A stretch of 58,398 bases of DNA from Thermodesulfobacteriota bacterium (GTDB lineage: Bacteria; Desulfobacterota; Desulfobaccia; Desulfobaccales; 0-14-0-80-60-11), in assembly GCA_040756315.1 (NCBI GenBank), contig JBFLZI010000002.1, positions 1 to 58,398 of the forward strand, given 5' to 3'. The notes under the pieces were generated by a model, which saw only the letters and a program-made list of their open reading frames with translations, was not told where the DNA came from and made no database searches. The first letter of the stretch is position 1. Every line of letters begins with the position of its first letter. Shown here one piece after another: positions 1 through 8,482 of this stretch. Position numbers and translations under genes: made by a program.

Positions 1-133
1 CTGGGAGGTATTTTTCTGTAACCAAAAGATCGCCCAAATTGATTTTAAAAACCAAAGACGTTTATAAAGAGAAAAAAGTGTTACCTATGTCTCCGAACAA
101 CTGTTACCCTTCTTCCCGGTCCAAACAAAGGGA

Positions 134-192
134 TTGGGGGAGGGGGTGTGGGGGAGGGGGTAAGGGCCTGTGGCCCTGAGCTCCCTCCCCCA
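134..192. repeat. REP-like palindromic element, G5AG5 family (copy A plus an extra upstream half-site)
   Basis: TGGGGGAGGGGGTAAGGGCC-TGT-GGCCCTGAGCTCCCTCCCCCA folds as a long imperfect hairpin. Near-identical copies lie at 52597-52640 and 58351-58395, with a half copy at 56852-56875. Confidence 0.6.
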
Positions 193-209
193 CTCCACTA
201 ACCAATCAT

Positions 210-1040
210 ATGAGCGTAAAGGTTCAGGTAGCGGATTTTTGGGTCGGGGATGGTGGTCTGGTGATGATCGCCGGGCCTTGTGTGATTGAGTCCGGAGAGC
301 TTACCTTGGGGATCGCCTGGGGCTTAAGGGAGGTGGCCCGGGAGCTGTCTTTGCCCCTGATCTTCAAGGCCTCTTATGATAAGGCCAACCGCACCTCCAT
401 CAACTCTTTCCGGGGTCCGGGGTTAAAGGAGGGGTTGGAGATTCTGGCCCGGGTCAAAGCCGAAGTGGGGCTGCCGGTGCTGACTGACGTGCATCAGTTG
501 GAGGAGGTGGGGCCGGTGGCGGAGGTGGCGGACGTGCTGCAAATTCCCGCGTTTTTGTGCCGGCAGACCGACCTGGTGGTGGCCGCGGCTAAGACCGGCA
601 AGCCGGTGAATTTGAAAAAAGGCCAGTTCATGGCCCCCTGGGAGATGGCCGCGGTGGCGGAAAAGGCCGCGTCCACCGGCAACCAGGGCCTTCTGCTCAC
701 GGAGCGGGGCACCACCTTCGGCTATAACAATCTGGTGGTGGATTTCCGGAGCCTCCCCTTGCTTAAAGGCCTGGGTTATCCGGTGGTCCTGGACGTCACC
801 CATAGCGTGCAACTGCCCGGAGGGCAGAGCACGTGCTCCGGGGGGCAAAGGGAATTTATCCCCCCTCTGGCCCGGGCCGGGGTGGCGGTAGGGGTGGACG
901 CCCTCTTCATGGAGGTGCACCCGGAGCCGGAGCGGGCCCGGTGCGACGGACCCAATTCCCTGCCGATGGCCGAAGTGCCAAGCCTGTGGCGGGAGCTTAA
1001 GGCCTTGCACGAATTCTGCCGGGAAGAGAAAGCCCATTGA
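210..1040 (+). CDS. kdsA: 3-deoxy-8-phosphooctulonate synthase (KDO-8-P synthase)
   Basis: 276-aa ORF with family-typical strings (FKASYDKANRTS, DVTHSVQLPG). Sits next to kdsC and the lpt genes. Confidence 0.95.
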   Translation: MSVKVQVADFWVGDGGLVMIAGPCVIESGELTLGIAWGLREVARELSLPLIFKASYDKANRTSINSFRGPGLKEGLEILARVKAEVGLPVLTDVHQLEEVGPVAEVADVLQIPAFLCRQTDLVVAAAKTGKPVNLKKGQFMAPWEMAAVAEKAASTGNQGLLLTERGTTFGYNNLVVDFRSLPLLKGLGYPVVLDVTHSVQLPGGQSTCSGGQREFIPPLARAGVAVGVDALFMEVHPEPERARCDGPNSLPMAEVPSLWRELKALHEFCREEKAH

Positions 1041-1570
1041 ATTCCCAGGACTATCCCCCCGAGGTCCGGCAGCGGGCCCAGGCCATTCGCCTCTTGCTGC
1101 TGGACGTGGACGGGGTCCTCACCGACGGCAGCCTCTATTTTGACGCCAAAGGCGAGACCCTGAAGGTCTTTCACGTCCGGGACGGCCACGGCATCAAGAT
1201 GGCCCAGCGGGCCGGCATTGAGGTGGCTTTCCTTTCGGGACGCCGCTCCGACGCGGCTTTTCATCGGGCCAAGGAATTAGGCATTGCCAGGTTTTATGAA
1301 GGCCTTAGGGACAAGGTGGCGGTTTTCCAAGACTTGCTGGAGGTTTTGCGCCTCAGTCCCCCAGAGGTCGCGGCGGTGGGGGATGAGCTGGTGGACCTGC
1401 CCCTCTTTGGCCGGGTGGGGCTGGCGGTGGCGGTGGCGGACGCCCCGCCGGAAGTCAGGGCCGGGGCGCACTGGGTCACCACCCTGCCCGGCGGGAGAGG
1501 CGCGGTGCGGGAGGTCTGCGATTTGCTTCTAAAGGCCCAAGGGAAGTGGCCGGAGGTCGCTAATCCTTAA
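1037..1570 (+). CDS. kdsC: KDO-8-phosphate phosphatase (HAD family)
   Basis: 177 aa with HAD motif LLLLDVDGVLTDG. TTGA overlap with the kdsA stop. Confidence 0.88.
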   Translation: MNSQDYPPEVRQRAQAIRLLLLDVDGVLTDGSLYFDAKGETLKVFHVRDGHGIKMAQRAGIEVAFLSGRRSDAAFHRAKELGIARFYEGLRDKVAVFQDLLEVLRLSPPEVAAVGDELVDLPLFGRVGLAVAVADAPPEVRAGAHWVTTLPGGRGAVREVCDLLLKAQGKWPEVANP

Positions 1571-1586
1571 CTGGGCGGCTTGAGGT

Positions 1587-1764
1587 GGCGGGCGGGGACG
1601 CCCGCCCAACGTCAGTCATAACGAAGCCTGAGCGGGTAGAACCGCCGCCCCGGCGGTTCACGCGGCTGCCGGGGGCGGCGGCGCTACATTATCCTCGTCG
1701 GTAAAGGCTGGGCAATCCAAAACCGCATATTAATTTCTGCTAATGTTGGTGGGCGGTGCCCACC
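1587..1764. repeat. cluster of GC-rich perfect hairpins in the kdsC-lptC spacer
   Basis: GGCGGGCG-GGGA-CGCCCGCC (1587-1606), GAACCGCCG-CCC-CGGCGGTTC (1639-1659), GGTGGGC-GGT-GCCCACC (1748-1764). Confidence 0.45.
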
Positions 1765-1960
1765 CTGCATTTATTCTCTCACCCAACCTCGGTCTTGGCT
1801 GAAAGCTGATGGCTGATGGCTACTTGCGCTTCAAGCCTAGGGCTGCGGCCCCGGCAATCAAGCCCGTCCCCTTTCGCCCCTGGCCCCCGGCCCCCCAGAT
1901 AAGCCTTTACACTTTTTCTTCGGGTTAATATAATTCTTCCAGAAAAACGACCAAATTGGC

Positions 1961-2560
1961 ATGGAAAATTCTAGTCCCAAAAACCGGATAGGCTGGCGCA
2001 GATTTTTCGGCTGGAAATGGCTGGCGGTCTTGCCGCTGCTCCTGGGGGTGGCCGCCGCGGCGCTCTGGCTGCGCCCGGCTGCGCCTCCTCCGCCCCCGCC
2101 CCCCCCGGCCCCGGCAGAGGCCCAGGCCAAAATGGAGAGCCTTTGCCTCACCGAGACCGAGGATGGGGGAAGACGCTGGTGCCTGAACGCCAAGAAGGCC
2201 GATTTCCTGAAAGATCGGGGTGAAATCCGGATCAGCGACATCCAGGTGGATTTCTTCGGGTATCCGGGAGGGGATCTCCGGCTCAAATGCCAGGAAGGAC
2301 TGGTCAATACCAAGACCCGGGCCTTGACCCTCAAGGGCGGGGTGGAGATCGCCAGAGGCGATCTGCTCATCAAGACCGATCTGGTGACTTACCAGCCGGA
2401 GGACCGGGTCCTGGTAGCCCCGGGGGACATCACCCTGGAAAGACCCACCCTGAAAATCCAGGGAAAAGACCTTAAAGTGGACCTGGCCCACAAGAAATTG
2501 GTCCTGGCCCAACATCATTTCACCGAGTTAGCCATGCCCAAGGGGGGATTGCGACAGTGA
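1961..2560 (+). CDS. lptC: LptC-like LPS export protein (N-terminal TM anchor, poly-Pro linker)
   Basis: 199 aa with one TM helix followed by a beta-rich domain. Position is immediately upstream of lptA-lptB. The sequence itself is only weakly diagnostic. Confidence 0.6.
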   Translation: MENSSPKNRIGWRRFFGWKWLAVLPLLLGVAAAALWLRPAAPPPPPPPPAPAEAQAKMESLCLTETEDGGRRWCLNAKKADFLKDRGEIRISDIQVDFFGYPGGDLRLKCQEGLVNTKTRALTLKGGVEIARGDLLIKTDLVTYQPEDRVLVAPGDITLERPTLKIQGKDLKVDLAHKKLVLAQHHFTELAMPKGGLRQ

Positions 2561-3219
2561 GGCTTAAGAGGATATGGGGCAGGCGGTCCTTGGCCCTGGC
2601 CCTTTTTTTCTGGCTGGCTTGGGGCCTGGGAGCAGCCAGCGGGGCGGAGCCGAAGAAGAAGCCCCCGGCCGGGGAAGTTCCCCTGCATATTACCGCCGCC
2701 CGTTTAGAGGCCGATCAACAACAGCGGACGGTCACCTTCACCGGCCAGGTGAAGGCGGTTTATGGCGACGCCATCTTATACGCCGACCAGTTGCAAGTCT
2801 TTTATCAACCCGCTCCCGCCGCCGCCCCGCCCCCGTCAACTGCCCCGGAGAGCGCCGACACTTCTCCCCTGGGCGAGTTGGGGGGAGGCAAGATCGACCG
2901 CATCGTGGCCAAAGGCTCGGTGCGTTTCGTCCAGGAAGACAAAGTGGCCACCGGCCAGGAAGCCGTCTATTATAAGAATCGGGAAGAAGTGGTGCTCTTG
3001 GGCAACCCCCAGCTTTGGCAAAAGGAAAATAACGTCAAGGGGGAGAAGATTTCCTTCTTTTTGGAGAATAAACGGGTCTTAGTGGAAAGCTCCTCCCGCC
3101 AGCGGGTGGAGGCCCACCTCTACCCCAGCGGACAAGCCGCGGTGGGCTCCAAGGGAATCCTGCCGGTTTCTCCGGGCCGCAAGGGGCGCGGGCCCCAGCC
3201 CAAGGGCGGCGATACTTGA
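2557..3219 (+). CDS. lptA: LptA/OstA-family periplasmic LPS transport protein
   Basis: 220 aa with a signal peptide and an OstA-like repeat pattern (ITAARLEADQQ..VTFTGQVKA). GTGA overlap with lptC. Confidence 0.75.
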   Translation: MRLKRIWGRRSLALALFFWLAWGLGAASGAEPKKKPPAGEVPLHITAARLEADQQQRTVTFTGQVKAVYGDAILYADQLQVFYQPAPAAAPPPSTAPESADTSPLGELGGGKIDRIVAKGSVRFVQEDKVATGQEAVYYKNREEVVLLGNPQLWQKENNVKGEKISFFLENKRVLVESSSRQRVEAHLYPSGQAAVGSKGILPVSPGRKGRGPQPKGGDT

Positions 3220-3944
3220 AGATGCATCGTCTTCTGCTCAAAAACTTGACCAAGAGTTATAACGGCCGCAAGGTCGTGGATAACGTGTCCCTGGAGCTGA
3301 AGAGCGGGGAAGTGGTGGGCCTTCTGGGTCCCAACGGCGCCGGCAAGACCACCACTTTTTACATGGTGCTGGGGCTCCTCAAACCCGACTCCGGCACCAT
3401 TTACCTGGACGGGGAAGACATCTCCGAGCTGGCCATTTATCTCCGGGCCCGCAAAGGGGTGCAATATCTGCCCCAGGAGCCTTCGGTCTTCCGGAAGCTG
3501 ACCGTGGCCGAAAATATCCTGGCCATTCTGGAAACCCTGGAGCCTAACCCGGATATCCGCCAGGAGCGCCTGGAAAAGCTCCTGGGGGAGCTGCGCATCT
3601 CCCATTTGGCCCAGCAAAAGGCCTCGGTGCTGTCCGGGGGGGAACGCCGCCGGGTGGAGATTACCCGGGCATTGGTCACTTCTCCTTTCTTCATTATCCT
3701 GGACGAGCCTTTTTCCGGCATCGACCCCCTGGCCGTCACCGATATCCAGAATATTATCCGCCAACTGAAAGACCAGGGTCTGGGTATCCTGGTCTCCGAC
3801 CATAATGTGCGGGAAGCCCTGGGGGTGTGTGATCGCGCCTATATTTTAAGTGAGGGAGTCGTCCTGGAAGAAGGAACCCCGGCCCATCTGGTCCAAAGTG
3901 AGGTAGCCAAAAGGATTTACTTGGGAGAAAGCTTTAAGTTATAA
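3216..3944 (+). CDS. lptB: LPS export ABC transporter ATP-binding protein
   Basis: Walker A GPNGAGKTT, signature LSGGERRR, Walker B FIILDEP. An ATG at 3222 is an alternative start. Confidence 0.93.
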   Translation: MKMHRLLLKNLTKSYNGRKVVDNVSLELKSGEVVGLLGPNGAGKTTTFYMVLGLLKPDSGTIYLDGEDISELAIYLRARKGVQYLPQEPSVFRKLTVAENILAILETLEPNPDIRQERLEKLLGELRISHLAQQKASVLSGGERRRVEITRALVTSPFFIILDEPFSGIDPLAVTDIQNIIRQLKDQGLGILVSDHNVREALGVCDRAYILSEGVVLEEGTPAHLVQSEVAKRIYLGESFKL

Positions 3945-3998
3945 TGATAATCAGCACCAGACCGGGATAAGTCCGGCAATGGCGGTTAAGGTAAACCG

Positions 3999-5483
3999 AT
4001 GGCTTTAGAGATTCGTCAGAATCTTAAACTGACCCAGACACTTATCATGACCCAGAAGTTGCAGCAGGCCATTAAGCTGCTGCAGCTCTCGCGCATGGAG
4101 TTGCTGGGGGAAATACACCAGGCTCTGGAAACCAACCCGGTTTTAGAGGAGCAGATGGCCGAGGAGCGGGGACCGGAGAACCAGGAGCTCGAAGTCTGGT
4201 CCGGGGCTGCCGAAGGCCAGACCCCGGAGGCTGAGTCCGGGGAAGATGGCCAGGGTAAGTCGGCCCTGGAAGAATGGAATTGGGACGGTTTCCTAAAAGA
4301 TCAGATCATGCCTCCCACTACCGGCGAATATGAGGATCGGGAGGCCTTTCCCTTTGAGAACTTAAATCCCCAGAAAACCACCTTAAAGTCTCATTTGATG
4401 TGGCTCCTGAAGATGGCCGAGTTAGGGGCGGAGGGCGAGAAGATCGGGGCCCTGATCATCGGCAACCTGGACGCGGCCGGCTACCTGCGCACCACCCTGG
4501 AGGAGATCGCCGCTGAAGTGGGCTGTGAGCCCGGCCGGGTGGAAGAGGTCCTCCGGGTGATCCAGGGGTTCGACCCCCCGGGGGTCGCGGCCCGGGACCT
4601 GAAGGAATGTCTGCTCTTGCAACTCCAGGCCTCCGACCGGCAGGACCCCTTGGTGTACGCCATGGTAGAACATCACTTGCCTAATCTCGGGAACAAAAAT
4701 TACCAGGCCATCGCCCGGGAATTGAAAGTGCCCCTAGAAGAGGTCTTTCGGGCCAGTGAGGTCATCTCCCGGTTGGACCCCAAACCTGGCCGGATCTTCG
4801 ACGCGGAGGACCCGGCTTACATCAATCCGGACGTCCACGTGCAAAAAGTGGGGGATGATTACGTTATCACCTTGAATGAAGACGGCTTACCCAAGCTCCG
4901 GATCAGTTCCTTTTATCTGGAGGCCATGCGCCATCCCGAAAAGCTGACGGACGCGGCCAAAAGCTACATTCAGAAACATCTGGACAACGCCCTCTGGTTT
5001 ATCCGCAGTATCCACCAGCGACAAAAGACTCTATACAAAGTGGCCGAAAGCATTGTCCGCTTTCAAAGCGACTTTCTGGACCACGGCTTGTCCCATCTGC
5101 GGCCTCTGACCCTGCGCCAGGTGGCGGAAGACGTGCAGATGCATGAGTCCACTATCAGCCGGGTGACCACCAGCAAATATATGCATACCCCCCAGGGGGT
5201 CTTTAACCTGAAATACTTTTTCAACAGCGGTATCAACCAGGCCCTGGGGGACCAGATCGCCTCGGAGAGCGTCAAAGAGAAGATTCGCCAGATCGTGCAG
5301 TCCGAGAACCCCCGGCAGCCTTTGAGCGACCAGGAGATTGCCGACATTCTGCGTCGGGAAAACGTGATCATCGCGCGCCGGACCGTGGCTAAATATCGGG
5401 GGATGTTGGGGGTGCTCTCTTCCAGCAAACGGAAGAAACCGGGCTTTCGCAGTAAGACCCTGACCGAAACTACCGCCCACTGA
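3999..5483 (+). CDS. rpoN: RNA polymerase sigma-54 factor
   Basis: 494 aa. N-terminal Gln/Leu-rich region I, and a C-terminal RpoN box (ARRTVAKYR). Confidence 0.97.
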   Translation: MALEIRQNLKLTQTLIMTQKLQQAIKLLQLSRMELLGEIHQALETNPVLEEQMAEERGPENQELEVWSGAAEGQTPEAESGEDGQGKSALEEWNWDGFLKDQIMPPTTGEYEDREAFPFENLNPQKTTLKSHLMWLLKMAELGAEGEKIGALIIGNLDAAGYLRTTLEEIAAEVGCEPGRVEEVLRVIQGFDPPGVAARDLKECLLLQLQASDRQDPLVYAMVEHHLPNLGNKNYQAIARELKVPLEEVFRASEVISRLDPKPGRIFDAEDPAYINPDVHVQKVGDDYVITLNEDGLPKLRISSFYLEAMRHPEKLTDAAKSYIQKHLDNALWFIRSIHQRQKTLYKVAESIVRFQSDFLDHGLSHLRPLTLRQVAEDVQMHESTISRVTTSKYMHTPQGVFNLKYFFNSGINQALGDQIASESVKEKIRQIVQSENPRQPLSDQEIADILRRENVIIARRTVAKYRGMLGVLSSSKRKKPGFRSKTLTETTAH

Positions 5484-5524
5484 CCCCCAGCCTGCCCTGA
5501 GAGACCCGGGCGTCGGAGGAAAGC

Positions 5525-6052
5525 ATGCAAATTTCCGTGACCTTCAGGCAACTTGAGCCGTCCGAGGCTTTAAAGAATTATGTGACCGAGCGCTTGAAAA
5601 AATTTAAACGTTATCTGGAAGGTCCCCAGGAGGCCCATGTGGTCCTGGGGTTGGAGAAATTCCGCCATCTGGCTGATGTCACCATTAACAGCAATGGCCG
5701 TATCCTCAAAGGTCGGGAGGAGAACACCGACATGTATGCCGCTATCGACCTGGTGATGGCCAAGCTGGACATGCAACTGAAAAAATTACGGGAGAAGTCC
5801 CGGGAAGTTAAAGGAGACCGGGGGCGCGAGACGATAACCGCCCTGGCCCCGGAGGAGGAAAGCCCGGCTTTGCCCCAGGTGCGCCGCCTGCGGGTGGAGG
5901 TTCCCCCCTTGGAACTGGCTGACGCCCTGGAGTTGATCGAAGCCAAGGGTGACCGTTGGTTGGTCTTTACCGAAGAAGCCAGCGGCTCCCTGGCCATTCT
6001 CTACCGACGCCAGGACGGCAGCTACCTGCTGTTGGAACCCGAGCTGGAATGA
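5525..6052 (+). CDS. hpf: ribosome hibernation promoting factor (long form)
   Basis: 175 aa with a sigma-54 modulation/S30EA-type N-terminus (MQISVTFRQLEPSEALKNYV) and a C-terminal extension. Canonical position after rpoN. Confidence 0.9.
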   Translation: MQISVTFRQLEPSEALKNYVTERLKKFKRYLEGPQEAHVVLGLEKFRHLADVTINSNGRILKGREENTDMYAAIDLVMAKLDMQLKKLREKSREVKGDRGRETITALAPEEESPALPQVRRLRVEVPPLELADALELIEAKGDRWLVFTEEASGSLAILYRRQDGSYLLLEPELE

Positions 6053-6061
6053 ACCTAACCC

Positions 6062-6523
6062 ATGAAAATTATTGAGTTATTGAACCAGGATCAAGTTTTA
6101 CCGGATTTGCATGCCACCAACAAACGCGGCGTCCTGGAGGAACTGGCGGCCACTTTGGTGCCGGGGTCGGAAGGGCTGGACCTGCTGACGGTGGTGGAAG
6201 TGTTAATGGAACGGGAGCGCCTGGGAAGCACCGGTATCGGCGATAGTATCGCCATCCCCCACGGCAAACTGGCCAACCTCTCCCAACTGAAGCTGGCCTT
6301 TGGCCGGAGTCTCAACGGGGTGGATTTCGACTCCCTGGACGGCAAGCCGTCCCACCTCTTTTTTCTGCTGCTGACGCCGGCCAATTCCGCCGGGCTACAT
6401 CTTAAAGCCCTGGCCAAGATCTCCCGCATGCTCATGAACCAGTCGTTCCGGGAGAGCCTGATGCAGGCTGACACCCCGGAAAGAATCTTTGACTTATTGG
6501 TGGAGAAAGACGCGGAAATTTGA
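6062..6523 (+). CDS. ptsN: nitrogen-PTS EIIA component (PtsN-like)
   Basis: 153 aa. Active-site region GIGDSIAIPHGK is typical of the EIIA(Ntr/Fru) family. Confidence 0.85.
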   Translation: MKIIELLNQDQVLPDLHATNKRGVLEELAATLVPGSEGLDLLTVVEVLMERERLGSTGIGDSIAIPHGKLANLSQLKLAFGRSLNGVDFDSLDGKPSHLFFLLLTPANSAGLHLKALAKISRMLMNQSFRESLMQADTPERIFDLLVEKDAEI

Positions 6524-6599
6524 GACAAACCTGTAACCCAATCCCTGGCCTCCAGATGAAGATGGAGGCAGGGATGATTCTACCACCTCCCCATTAGGC

Positions 6600-7511
6600 A
6601 TGGGCCATAATTCGGTGACGCCCAAGCAGCCAGGCCAACATCTTGAGACCCCCTTTCCCGTCCTGATCATCACCGGACTGTCGGGTTCAGGAAAGAGCAC
6701 CGTGCTGAGGACTTTGGAAGACGTAGGCTATTTCTGCGTGGATAATCTCCCCTTAAGCCTGTTGTCCCCCTTTTTGCAAAAGCTGTCCAAGACCTATGGG
6801 GACAGCCGCCAGATAGCTCTGGTAATGGATGTGCGCACCGAGGGATTCCTGAAAAACTATTCCCGGGTCTTCCGGCGCTTGGAGGGCCAGGGGTATAAGA
6901 TCCATCTCCTGTTTCTGGAAGCGGACGAAGGCGCCCTGATCCGGCGCTTCAGCCAGACCCGGCGTCAGCACCCCTGGGCCGATAAAGACAGCATCTCGGA
7001 GGCCCTGCGCCTGGAGCGCACTTCTCTGGAGGGGCTTAGGCAACTGGCCCATCGCATCATCAATACCTCTTCTTATAATCCTCACCAATTGCGGCAATTG
7101 ATTATCGCCGAATACTCCGATCTGGCGCCCCGGCAGCAGATGTTGCTCCATCTTATCTCTTTTGCTTACAAAAACGGCATCCCCCCGGAGGCCGATCTGG
7201 TGATGGACGTGCGGTTTCTCCCCAATCCCTTTTTTGTACCGGAACTGAAGCAACACACCGGTATGGAGCCCCGGGTGCGGGATTACGTCTTAAATCAGAC
7301 GGAAACCCGGGAGTTCCTCACCCGGTTCTTCGGGTTCCTGGATTATCTTCTGCCCTCATTTCAGAAGGAAGGCAAGACCCACCTGACCGTGGCTATTGGT
7401 TGCACCGGAGGACAGCACCGCTCCGTCGTCCTGACCAATGTTCTGGGGGAGCACCTGTCCCAGGAAAATTATCCCTTTACCCTGACGCATCGAGATCTGG
7501 TTCAGAATTGA
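6600..7511 (+). CDS. rapZ: RNase adapter protein RapZ (P-loop, YhbJ family)
   Basis: P-loop GLSGSGKS, and a C-terminal GCTGGQHRSV motif. Confidence 0.9.
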   Translation: MGHNSVTPKQPGQHLETPFPVLIITGLSGSGKSTVLRTLEDVGYFCVDNLPLSLLSPFLQKLSKTYGDSRQIALVMDVRTEGFLKNYSRVFRRLEGQGYKIHLLFLEADEGALIRRFSQTRRQHPWADKDSISEALRLERTSLEGLRQLAHRIINTSSYNPHQLRQLIIAEYSDLAPRQQMLLHLISFAYKNGIPPEADLVMDVRFLPNPFFVPELKQHTGMEPRVRDYVLNQTETREFLTRFFGFLDYLLPSFQKEGKTHLTVAIGCTGGQHRSVVLTNVLGEHLSQENYPFTLTHRDLVQN

Positions 7512-7523
7512 GGAGAGTTACAC

Positions 7524-7925
7524 ATGATCGGCTTGTTAATCGTCACTCATAAAGAACTGGCTGAAGCTTTGGTGGCCGCGGCTGACCTAATTTTAGGACA
7601 TCAGGAGGGGGTCCTGGCCGTCTCCCTGGACCCCAACGATCCCCCGGAGGCCTCCCTGCAGCAGATCCAGCGCGGTCTGACCCAGGTGAACAACAACAAC
7701 GGCGTCATCATCCTGACGGACATGCTGGGGGGCACCCCTTCCAACCTGAGCCTTACCTTCTTACAGGAAGGCAAGGTGGAGGTGGTCACCGGGGTGAATC
7801 TGCCCATGCTCATGAAACTGGCCCAACTGCGCCAGGAAAAAAACCTGGCAGAGGTGGCTGCGGCCCTGAAGGATTCAGGTCAAAAAGGAATTAAAGTGGC
7901 CAGCGAGGTTCTGCACCAGAAATGA
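7524..7925 (+). CDS. PTS EIIA component, mannose/sorbose family
   Basis: 133 aa. MIGLLIVTHKELAEAL...TDMLGGTPSN is typical of EIIA-Man. Confidence 0.75.
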   Translation: MIGLLIVTHKELAEALVAAADLILGHQEGVLAVSLDPNDPPEASLQQIQRGLTQVNNNNGVIILTDMLGGTPSNLSLTFLQEGKVEVVTGVNLPMLMKLAQLRQEKNLAEVAAALKDSGQKGIKVASEVLHQK

Positions 7926-8440
7926 GTCAGGCCTGGCAGATCCGTCGGGGTGGCCTGACGGATGTGAAAGCCCTCTTAGAAATCGAAAGACTCTCCTTTG
8001 CCAGCCCTTGGTCCCTATGGTGCTTCTTAGCCGAAGTCAGCAACCCCGTAAGCCATACCCTGCTGATCGGCCCTTCCCCGCCCCAATCCTGGCAGACCTG
8101 GGGTTATATCATCTTCTGGGTGGTGGCCCAGGAAATGCACATCCTCAATCTGGCGGTGCACCCCCGGCACCGGCGACAGGGCCTGGCCCGGGCTTTGCTT
8201 AGAGCCGCCCTGGCTAAGGCTCGAGACCTGGACGCCAAGGCAGCCTGGCTGGAGGTGCGGCCCTCCAACCAGCCGGCCCGGGCCCTTTACACCTCTTTCG
8301 GCTTTCAGGAAGTGGGTTATCGTCCCCACTATTACGCGGATAACCGGGAAGCTGCTTTAATTCTGAGCTTGTCCTGGCAGGAAGAGGAGGTCCAGCCCCC
8401 TAACCCCAGCCCGACCCCGAAGATTGGCAAGCTCCTTTAG
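7922..8440 (+). CDS. rimI: GNAT acetyltransferase, RimI-like
   Basis: GNAT core LAVHPRHRRQGLARALL. ATGA overlap with the upstream gene. Confidence 0.8.
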   Translation: MSQAWQIRRGGLTDVKALLEIERLSFASPWSLWCFLAEVSNPVSHTLLIGPSPPQSWQTWGYIIFWVVAQEMHILNLAVHPRHRRQGLARALLRAALAKARDLDAKAAWLEVRPSNQPARALYTSFGFQEVGYRPHYYADNREAALILSLSWQEEEVQPPNPSPTPKIGKLL

Positions 8441-8482
8441 CAAAGATCTGAGTAATCAGGCGGTTTCGGGCAGGAGAAGGAA

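Noticed and set aside
423-1264. Long minus-strand ORFs inside kdsA, and similar shadow ORFs throughout (for example 3120-3803, 14229-15257, 24676-25746, 35035-35763, 37171-38166)
   Set aside because: They are antisense or off-frame shadows of strongly supported genes. Their Arg/Gly/Pro-rich composition and lack of RBS are typical for high-GC genomes.
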